NCBI RefSeq assembly: GCF_036588685.1
Contig: NC_086386.1
Span: forward strand, 3,348,001 to 3,412,000
DNA: 64,000 nt
From: Mytilus trossulus
Taxonomy: Eukaryota
Reading direction: 5' to 3'
Shown here: positions 53,001-64,000 of the stretch, one piece after another
How the letters are laid out: each line of letters begins with the position of its first letter
Numbering within the stretch: the stretch's first letter is position 1
The notes under the pieces: generated by a model
The model's input: the letters and a program-made list of their open reading frames with translations, nothing else
Databases searched by the model: none
Told to the model about the DNA's origin: nothing
Made by a program: the position numbers and the translations under genes

Positions 53001-56000
53001 AAAACCATTCAAACGGAAAAACCAACGGTCTAATCTCCATAAAAAATGAGAAACAACAAGAAACATGTATATATTACATAAACAAATGACAACAACTGTA
53101 CATCAGATTCCTGACTTAGGACAGGTGCAAACATTTGCAGTGGGAATTAAAAGTTTTAATGGATCCAAACCTTCTCCCTTTTTGTCGAGCCTTCGATTTT
53201 TGTCGAAAAAGAGAGACTAAGCGATCCTACATTCCGTCGGCGGCGGCGGCCACAAATATTCACTCTGTGGTTAAAGTTTTTGAAATTTTAAAAACTTTCT
53301 TAAACTATACTGGATTACTTCCAAACATGGACAGAAGCTTGTTTATGATCTTAAGATAGTATCCAGAAATTAATTTTGTAAAAATAAATTCCATTTTTTC
53401 CGTATTTTACTTATAAATGGACTTAGTTTTTCTGCGGGTAAAAATTACATTCACTCTGTGGTTAAAGTTTTTAAAATTTCCATTACTTTCTTAAACTATC
53501 CTGGGTTTGTACCAAACATGGACAGAAGCTTGTTTATGATCATAAGAAAATATACAGAAGTAAATTTTGTAAAAAAATTAATCCATTTTTTCAATATTTT
53601 ACTATTACAATGTATTAAATGGACTTAGATTTTCTGCCAAGAAACAACACATTCACTCTGTGGTTAAATTTAAAAAAAAATAATAACTTTCTTATACTAC
53701 TTTTAATTTGTACCAAAGTTAGATAGAAGCTTGTTTATGATCAAAGCTAGTATTTAGATGGAAATTTTGTTAATATTTTGTACATGTGTATGTGTATTTT
53801 ACTTATAAATGGATTTAGTTTTTTTTTCCAGTTAACATTACATACAGGCTGCAGTTAAAGTTTTTAAACATTTATTAGATTCATAAACTATCCTGGATTT
53901 TTTTCCAAACTTGGTCAGAAGCTTCTTACAATCAAAAGATTATATCAAGAATGATATTTTTAATTTTTTTTCCCTCATTTTTGTTGAGCCTGTGTTTTTC
54001 AGCAAAAGTAGGCGAGACACTGGGTTCCGCGGAACCCTTACAAATTTTGCTGAAAAAATAGCATAACATCACAACATAGAAAAACACATGACAAAATATC
54101 AATTGGCAGACTTAACTCAATCAAAAAACATAAATTAATACATAATAGGTATACGTTTTTGAAATTTAAATTTTATGAAAAGGGTGGGGTAACAGAAACC
54201 CAATGACACCCCCTTTCAATTAAGTATTGAAGTACGTGCATCTTAAAAAAATCAGTACCCTGAGATAACCTTTTAATACTAAGGAGTCAATGAATTAAAT
54301 TTAGTATTTTATAAGTTGTTATATGTGAAACACCTATAATTAATTGTGATACATAAAATTGAGAATGGAAATGGGGAATGTGTCAAAGAGACAAAAACCT
54401 GACCATAGAGCAGACAACAGATGAAGGCCACCAATGGGTCTTCAATGTAGGGAAAAACTCCCGCACCTGGAGGTTTCCTTCAGCTGGCCCTTAACAAATA
54501 TGTATACTAGTTAAGTGATAATATAGATGATACATGCATGGATGTTGTATGTGCATTTTTTCCATTTTTTTTACAGGATGAGATGGAAGAAGAACATCCA
54601 TACACCAAAAATTCAAAGAAAAGGTTTTTAGTTCAGAGTACCAAGAAGATGGACTGCAAGTCACAGATCACTCTTAAAGCTGTTGTTAAGTTTCCTGACT
54701 TTAAGGTAAACTATTCTTTTTCTTTCTTAAAGTAACTATATTCCTTAAATGGAAGATACCTAAAATGTTACCAGGAAATGGTTGTTTATGTTGCTTAAAA
54801 TTGTTATAACACTCAATTCATGGTATCCTGATGAACATGGAAAATTATAGTACGAGCATGCATTTTGTACTTAAGACACATATTCTTTTTATGCCCTTAC
54901 CTACAATAGTAGAGAGGCATTATTTTTTCTGGTCTGTGTTTGTTCGTCCGTCTGTTAAAGGTTAAAGTTTTTGGTCGAGGTAGTTTTTGATGAAGCTTAA
55001 GTCCAATCAACTTGAAAACTTAGCACACATGTGCCTTATGGTATGATTATTCTAATTTAAATACCATTTGATTTTTTTCCCCATTTCACGGTCTATTGAA
55101 CATGGAAAATGATAGTTCAAGTGGGGCATCCGTGCACATTCTTGTTCTTCATCTTCTTTTCCAATACATAGAATTACAGGTGGGGATATAATTAGTACTA
55201 CAAGTAGAGTTTACTTTGTAGTAACTTTGAAAAGTACCTGTATAGCAATAATGTCCATTGTCCTATTATGACAAAAATGTTTATAGTTATTATTCATTTA
55301 TATGAATATAAAAAACTGATCCATTGTTACAGGTTGATGGCCTTGATAGCACTTACAGGAGAAAAAAATGTGCATCCAACCTTAGAGCAGCCAATTTCAA
55401 TCATGTAAAGAAAGACGTGAAGATTGTGTTAATTCTTCCTGATACCAAATCTCATCAGAATCATCTAATTGGTGAAGTAATGCATATATTTATCATCTTA
55501 ATACAGTGCATACAAATAATGTAAAAATGTTTATAAAGTCATTGTTAATTTAGAAATTAGTGTGTTCATTTATTAATATGAAACTTAAAAAAATGTGAAA
55601 TATAATTAAAGCAATTACCAAAAAAAATATTACAGCTGAAATGATCACTGCAGATTTTAATAACTACGAATTTTGCAATAATTTACAATTAATTTGTGTG
55701 AGTTCTTTAATTTCTTTCCTACGATCTGATTTCTTCGGTCATTCTTTTTTTGTCATACGTAGGTTCAGATGTGCAGTTTCATATTTTATTAAACATGTTA
55801 AATATTTCATTCTTATAAATGTGAAGAAAAAGATATAGTTCCTCACATTTTTTTATTTAATTATCCAATTGTCAATGAATAAATAAAGAGAGTAACTTAT
55901 CAAAGAATTCAAATATTGAAAACGTATTCAATAAGTGACCAAAGAACACAATGATTCTTGTATACACCAGGGACAGTCTACAATGTATACTAGTGGGACT

Positions 56001-59000
56001 AGTCACTTATAACCATGTCTATACAAATTTGCAGACAGAACTGTGCTGTTGCTGATGTCACTTGACTTCATAGCAATTTTTTTATATTTACGAATTTTTC
56101 TTCATAACTGTACGTTCAAGTTAAACGAAAAAACATTTTTATCAAAATTTATACATTTTGTCATTGCAAAATGCTGTTTTTGAAAACATTCCTCAGATAG
56201 TTTTATAAAATATAAGATCTTTTGAACTTTGAGGTATTTTGTTAGTGAATTACAAGTAGTGGCCATCTTGTTCGATATGTAAACCCTTCTACACGACTGG
56301 AGTGTTCTTCAAAACGATACGTCTCAATCTTATATTTTTTGTCATGGTAAATTGATATTAATCAGATTTTATATTAACAAATATGTACTGTGAAATAAGC
56401 AAATAGCTAGTAGGTTCCTATATCAGAGATACGAAACCAAGTGTTTTGTTCAGTGGTATCGAAAGAAATGAGTCCCGTTAGTATAGAAAGTCCCTGAATA
56501 CACATAAAATCAATAGGTTGTAATGTTGCTCATTGAATGTTTTCAATATATGTGAATTCTTCCATTACTTATTAGATATAAATGTTATGACATTCTCCTT
56601 TACTGTATACCATTTTATTAGTTGTCCCTATCCATTTCAGTTTTCAGGATACTCCCAACCACTTGATAGCCAAGTGAAAGAACACATCAGGGAATTGGTT
56701 TTTGATGGTGTCAGGAAAGTGTCCGAAATGAAGAGGCACCTAAACATCTTTGTTAAGAGAGAACTTTCTTTGGACATGCCTATAACTAACAGAAGATTTC
56801 ATCCAAATGAGCGAGACATAAGAAATCATATGTATTTAGCCTTAACCAAGACAAGGTAGGATAATAGTCAGTACTATGGTCATGTGTTTGATTTTAAGTT
56901 TATCAGTCCACTACCAACATAGGTTGAAGGGGACCTTAGGTTTGCATCTGTCTGTCAGTTATAATCAGTTTTCCACACTTGTTTTCTTCATGCTTTAAGA
57001 CGCTGATTTGATAACTGGTATGTAGTTTTTTAATGACAAGTTACAGATGTTCAATTTTTTGTTCCAGTGTAATGATTTTGAGTTATGGTACTTGGACTTG
57101 TAAAATTCACTCAAATAATTAGTTTCCACACCTTTTTCATCAAGCTTAAAGATTTTGTTATATTCTTTACATCATAAGAAGTTATAGCATTGTGTTCCAG
57201 TAAAATGAAATTTTAATTAGTAGTGACTAAGAATTGAGCCTCACCGAAAGCTTTTTTTAACATGTTTTTATTAGCTCACCTTGCCTGAAGGGAGGGCAGC
57301 TTTTGGTTTTTATCTTAAATATTATTATAAATAAAGATAAACTGTAAATAGCAATAACGTACAGCAAAATAAGAGCTCCAAATAAGTTCACTTGATCAAA
57401 GTGGTCAAGTGACCCCTTAAGGAACTAATGTTCTTTAAATTAATTTTTTAACAATGTTTATAAATTTTTAACAATTTTTACAAAATATTTCCCACTGTCA
57501 CTTCTGGGCCAATTTCATTATAGATAGAGATAATTGTAAGCAGCAAGATTGTAAAGTAAGATCCACAAACACATCACCAACACCAAAACATAATTCTGTC
57601 ATGAATTTATCTGTGTCCTTTGTTAAATATGCACAAAGACTGAGATGATCCACACAGGCTCTTTAGAGCCTCTAGTTCTTATCATTTTTTTTTCTTCATT
57701 TTTTCCCCTATAAACATGATAAATCATTCCAATATTTTCTATAATATATCATCTGAATATTGTCGATGATATGGTTCAAGAATGAAGTCTTTTGCAAAAG
57801 GGGGATACCATTTATAAAAAACACAAAACATTTTTTTGGATTGTTTAATGGTATGATGTTGTCATCATCTGCGTTGTTGTTGTCAGACAACCAGATCCTA
57901 ATAGAGTTTAAAAAGTAAGAAATTTGTATTTATGATTTTTTTTCAGGTTTTCAAAGAATGATCAACAGAATTTACAATGTCTGGTGAGGAAATGGGAGGC
58001 TGAATATACATTGGATACTTTTTTTTTAAGACTGGGGTGAGAATTATTAGTTACCTTATGAATATAAGAAATAGGAAAGATTATCAATGCGTTTTTGATG
58101 CTTTCTGTCTTTTTACTTTGTTTATAGGAGATTGAAGTTTATGATATTGTAAGTTTTGTTGGGAAGATATCCAAAAATATTTGAGGACACATCCTTTATG
58201 TTTGATAGATTTCCTTTATGCTATTAGAATTCCAGTATACAGTAACATATCTTGGTTACCTTAATCCATTTCTCAAATTAATAGATATAGGAGGGTCTCT
58301 AAAGTTCTTCCTTTGACAATAAGTATGCTCTTTGTGAAAAAAAATTAGTGTTAGCTTGATGTAAATGAGAGACTGCAATGCCAAGTGGTGTTTCTTATTC
58401 TTTCTTTTTCTCTTACAATATGCAGATCAGATGGTAAACAAAAAGAAAAAAGTAATGATGATGTTGAGGAAGTTCCCCAGTTTCTTTTTGTTCATCAATC
58501 GGAAACACAGAAGAGGCTTCTAAATATTTATGGCCAGGAGATTTGCTTGTTGGATGCAACATATAAAACATCGAGATATGACCTTCCTCTGTTCTTGGTT
58601 TGCGTCAATACAAATGTTGGATATAGTGTTGTAGCGTCTTTTATAGTTGCTAATGAGAATCGCTACACCATTCAAGAGGCACTCATTAAATTGAGAGATT
58701 GGAATCCCATGTGGAAGCCCAAATATTTCATGTGTGATTTTGATTTGAGAGAAATTTGGGCGCTTGAACAAACATTTGAAGGTAAACTCAGGAAAAATTC
58801 ATGAAACATTGTAACTGAATTATCAATTTCATGTTTTACAAATTACCTTCGATATCACTACTAACATATATTTACTTTAATAAAAAAAAAGATTTTTTTT
58901 GCAAAATCAGCATAACTATTCAGAATAAGTGGATTTTATGCAAATTGAAAATATTATACAAACTATTGATCATTTCCTGAATTTATGATTAACTTTAATT

Positions 59001-62000
59001 TTTGAATATCAATGCATTGCTTAAATTTTTAATTTTGTTTCTAGATTATATCCTCTACTTGTTGGTACGTATGATTTGGTAAGTGGGTGGTTGTGCTTTT
59101 TAATTGTTGTACTGGCATTTATATCACTATATATTCACATACGTACATACATACATCCTGAACATACATTGTACAAGCTTTTTTTAATCACACAAGCTTT
59201 TGTTTATATCACCTGCTTATTATTTTTCTTTAGATTTATGCTCTTTTCTTTATATCATGAAGAGCACATTTTCATGTCAATACTTCATAATATGGCTGAA
59301 AGTTATTATAATGTTGTATACATATACATTGAAGGTAAACTTATAGTTTGGATAAAGAATTAGGATAGTGTTATTTTCCCTGATTAATTTATTATTAGTT
59401 TTACCATTGTTTCAGTTCTTAAAATTTTTTAAATATTATAATCAAAAATTCAATTTCCCTTATTGTTTTCCTTAAGAGTATAAATTTCATACATTTTAAT
59501 ACTTATGATTTTCAGTTCCAGTTATCATAAAATGGACACATTATGGAAATCTTTCAGCTTTAATATTGTCATCTTTATACTTTTCTGATTGGTGGCTTAG
59601 TGTTTCAATATATATGTTATATATATATATATAAAGTCAGGGGCAGATCCAGCCAATTTCAAAAAAGGAGTAAAGAGGGATTTCAACTTTATACTCCCAT
59701 TCAAATGCATTTATTATCCTAAAAAAAGGGGTGTCCTACACCAGGACCCTTTGGATCTGCCACTGATATAGTGTACAGTGTTACATTCAGTGTTCTTATT
59801 TTAATTGATATTTTAGAGAAATAATTTAGTATAATTACTACTTTATTTCTAATAATTTGATGAACTAACTATCAGAAAGAGAAAACCTGCATTGTTTTTG
59901 AAAGTTTATAAATCACATTGTAAAAGTAAAAACTTTTTATATTCTGGCATATATGGTTTTTAAAAACACTTATATGAAAATAAAATACAAAATAGATAAT
60001 TTTACTGCAATTATATGGTTGGTCTACCTTGTTGCATCTTACTTTAAATTCCTTATTACAATTATTAGCTGATATTTCAAAAGAATTTTATTCCTTTTAA
60101 ATAAATTTTTTTTTTACACGACATAAAACCATATAGTTAACTCCTTACATTGATTTTATAAAAGTGAATTTATTGTTTATGTCAGTTGCAAATTACAGTA
60201 TGAATGCATGTTACTTAGTTATCAAGTGTTTAGATGTGTTGATTTATGTAAAAGATTCTTTTGAAGTGTGCCATTGAGCACCTAAATACATAGCCTAATA
60301 ATATTTTAACTTTGTAATTGAATAGAACAATTTGTATGTTTTAGGTTTAATGGTGTATCTTTGTGACTTCCATAGGGAACAAGCCTGGCACAGATGGCTA
60401 AGAGAAATTAAGCATGATTGCATTGATGAGAAAGATGAAATTAAAAAAATGTAATGCTTATTTATAAAGTTAAAAAGATATATTTATTGTCACATGTACT
60501 TCTGAACTCATAAAAAAATACTAAATTATATAATGTAGTTGATGCTACATGATGGTTAAAATTCAATGTTACTTATTGCATTTTACCAGCAACATACAAA
60601 CGTTAAGATGTTTAATTATATTTCCAACAATCAATACAGCTCTTCTATAAAAGCATGCAAAACAAAACTTTGGTCGGCTTGCTTACTATGTTTGCTTGGA
60701 TGGTTGCAAACAATAGGTAGGTGGAGTTTCAATATATACTGGGATTTGATTGGACATAAATTGAAGTTAATGTTTATTGTCCAATCAAATGCCAGTATAT
60801 AGTAAACAAACTACCTACCTGTTGTTTACAAACATCCAAACTATCACAGCAAGCAAGTTGATCAATGGTTTGCTTTGCATGCTTTTATAGATGAACTGTA
60901 AGTATTTAGTTTGCATACAGCACATGACTATGAGTAACAGTTTTCAATCCATGACAATTCTTTTAGAGTGCATAAATGGAAAATGACCATGTTTAAACGA
61001 AAGTAGGCTCCCTGAAAATATAGCCCTCAATTAGGAAACATTTATTGATTTTGTCATACAGTCAGTTGTGAATAAATTCTGGAATGCACCAGTAAGACAA
61101 AAATTTCAAAGTTATCAAAATGTGACATATCCGTTTGTTAGTTACATGAATTAGTTACATATTTTTTCAAATGATTTGATTGAATAATTTTACTTTCAGG
61201 TTAAGAGAAATAGCTGATGCTGATTCTGCAGAGTCATATGCAAATGCTTTGCAACAATTAAGAAGCAGTGATATTTTCAAGGCAAAGGTCTCCTTGAGAA
61301 ATTGGCTCGAAAACAAATGGCTCCTGAACTGCAAGGTTTGTTAATTTAAAATTTAAATTTTGACACCAATTACCACCAGCTTAATTTTTTTGAATAGTAC
61401 AGGTATATAAAAGGGATAGTAGCTACAATTTTGACAAAATTATAACCAAGTTTTATAGCTGTTATAATCAAAGATATGTACTTAAAATATAAAATAAGAT
61501 TGTTGTAATGTTAACATGAACTACAGATGTGGTAATACTTCATTATAAATATTGTGTTGTGTGTCTAGTCTTCTCATTGATTATGCATCTGTGGTGGAGA
61601 GTTGTCTCATTGTCAATCATACCACATCTTCTTATTTTTATATTATCAACAGTTGAACAGTTCAAATAACTTGCAACATTATCACACATTTTATACAATT
61701 GAAAAGTTGTTTATTACACAATGTTATTAGGTGTCTGTTTATTATAAATTTTTCAGAGATGGTCAAAACTTTTCAGAAATTCACTCTTTAACATCAGAGT
61801 GAATACAACCAATGGCCTTGAAAGACAACACAAAGAACTCAAGGAAAACTACTTGACAGAGTATATAGATAAATCTCTGTCAAGTATGGTGACATCATTG
61901 GTAACCAAATACTTACCAGATAGTTATGAGAGGTATTTTTTACTCTGATAAGAAATTAATTTATTGTTTGAGACCATTTGCAGCCACTTTAAATCCCCAA

Positions 62001-62216
62001 AATGATTACTCTCATTATTTATTAGTAGTTAGGGAATACGTACTTAATGCAATTATTGACTGCATATATTTGTTTAAAACAATGTTAATTTTTGGTCAGT
62101 TTTATTTTGTTGGTATATTGTATTATGAATATCTCTTTTGTAATCTAATAATGTTTTAAAAAGGTTGATTGAAGCACATTTTAAGAATGAAGTGTTCTAT
62201 CCTTCTGACATTATGT
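50017..62216 (+). repeat. Segmental duplication, copy 2 (12.2 kb), retains the 820-bp segment missing in copy 1
   Basis: Identity begins at aaaggttggtgttgg and ends at ctgacattatgt. The left junction truncates a SINE-like repeat and the right junction enters a different repeat family. Confidence 0.97.
51381..61932 (+). CDS. CaRF-MULE gene copy 2: exons 1-10 in frame (CaRF-like domain plus complete DDE core), 3'-truncated with no SWIM, Ulp1 or PHD exons in this window
   Basis: Exons 51381-51507, 52198-52367, 54577-54705, 55333-55476, 56641-56855, 57947-58036, 58426-58781, 60345-60450, 61200-61335, 61757-61932. Read-through of the last donor stops at 61948 (about 554 aa). Confidence 0.8.
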
Positions 62217-64000
62217 TTACGGGGCTCGGATATAACTTACTGTATACATCTGCCTTTACTCCATCCCTTTTTCTTTAGGGAGGAGAAGACTTTTTTTAAC
62301 GGAAAAACCAATACCTTTGTTCTTTGATTTTTACCAGTACAAGCAATGTAACAGTTTCAACCGATCGCATTCATGTAGAGATAGGGGCTCGATTCATAAA
62401 TGAAACAGACCAAAGATAAATTTGTTGTATAAAATAGACCACTTGTTGGCAAATCAATGAAACACAAATTTCGGAAATACAATCTTGAATGACTTGTTTT
62501 GTTAACGAGATAGGTTCTCATATGTATCAACCTCTCAACAATTACAAATGCAGGTATATCATGATCATGGTCTAGTACATAGCAAACTTTATGTATACAC
62601 ATTTGTTGTACTTAATTTGTATGTAATACTCGCTGCTGGACGTAAAAATCTGTTCAAATGCTATAATGTCCTTATAATGCTCTTTTACAAATTGTGACTT
62701 TGATGGAGAGTTGTCTCAATGGCACTCATGCCAAATTTCTTATATCTACATGTTGCTTCTACTCCAATCGACTAGAAGGATGTCTCCATTTCTCTGAAAC
62801 CCTTTCACATGAAGCTGCATGTGTCTCCCTTCGCTCCATCTCCTCGAAATGAAGTTCATATTTTGTTTAGTATACATTTACCAATTGCCCCTCAATCACT
62901 TCGGTTGAGGAAAATGTTTCATTTGTACTTATCTGATTTGCATGATGCCTCTTACCGATCATCTGCTTTTGCTACATCCCTTGAAATTTTAATCTTATAT
63001 ACCTATATACGTTTGCTCTATACTACCAAACAATGTAAATATGTCTAATGGATACATCTATACTTGGACCCCTTCACGTAACAGATCTATATATGATAAA
63101 TATACCTTTGCTCCATGTTATATTCCATTACCTTTACGGGGCTTGGATATAACTTACTGTATACATCTGCCTTTACTCCATCCCTTTTTCTTTAGGGAGG
63201 AGATGACTTTTTTTAACGGAAAAACCAATACCTTTGTTCTTTGATTTTCACTAGTACAAGCAATGTAACATTTTCAACCGATCGCATTCATGTAGAGATA
63301 GGGGCTCGATTCATAAATGAAACAGACCAAAGATAAGTTTGTTGTATAAAATAGACCACTTGTTGGCAAATCAATGAAACACAAATTTTAATCTTATATA
63401 CCTATATACGTTTGCTCTATACTACCAAACAATGTAAATATGTCTAATGGATACATCTATACTTGGACCCCTTCACGTAACAATCTATATATGATAAATA
63501 TACCTTTGCTCCATGTTATATTAAACATAATTTCCTCGCTAAGTTTACATATGTTCAGTTATACTTGTACTCTATCCCCTGAAGAAAACTTTGATTTTCA
63601 TTGTGTATATTTATCTAAATTTGATGTACCTCCCTAATAAGTTATCGAAATGCCTCACTTTACTTATATATATTTGCTCAATCCTCTTTGCATGATTTTG
63701 GAATAGGCTACTATGATTTGACAATAGTAATTCCATTACCTTTACGGGGCTCGGATATAACTTACTGTATACATCTGCCTTTACTCCATCCCTTTTTCTT
63801 AAGGGAGGAGGTGATTTTTTTTTAATGGAAAAACCACTACCTTTGGTCTTTGATTTTCACTAGTACAAGCAATGTTACAGTTTCAACCGATCGTATTCAT
63901 GTAGAGGTAGGGGCTCGATTCATAAATGAAACAGACCAAAGATATGTTTGTTGTATAAAATAGACCACTTGTTGGCAAATCAATGAAACACAAATTTCGG
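62217..64000. repeat. Modular tandem repeat region: module A (about 260 bp, ttacggggctcggatataac...) at ~62217, ~63134, ~63742; module B (about 135 bp) at ~62987 and ~63387
   Basis: Direct sequence comparison; runs off the window end. Confidence 0.85.

Noticed and set aside
50017-62216. Copy 2 as a transposition product of an active MULE
   Set aside because: No TIRs or TSD at either junction; the ends fall at the NDPK 5' end and mid-intron, as in a rearrangement.

Overview
AT-rich, intron-rich animal genomic DNA. The repeat landscape looks like a bivalve mollusc, possibly Mytilus-like (inference). Contents: (1) a minus-strand gene whose first coding exon is about 7.5 kb and encodes a low-complexity protein of about 2,495 aa or more, continuing off the left edge. 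(2) A decayed LINE endonuclease fragment next to an approximately 250-bp 28S rRNA pseudofragment. (3) An intact 4-exon nucleoside diphosphate kinase gene (minus strand) whose intron 1 holds two nested TIR transposons. (4) Head-to-head with it, a 23-exon gene that I assembled by hand from GT-AG sites. It encodes about 1,191 aa with the architecture CaRF/ALS2CR8-like DNA-binding domain, Mutator (MULE) DDE transposase, SWIM finger, Ulp1/SENP-like protease, PHD finger. Its 5' half is duplicated almost identically (25855-37234 vs 50017-62216). Copy 1 lacks exon 5 (820-bp deletion, frameshift), and copy 2 lacks everything after exon 10, so neither copy is complete alone. Many Helentron-associated non-autonomous elements, SINE-like repeats, foldback MITEs and minisatellites fill the introns. 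All family assignments come from recalled motifs; no database search was run.
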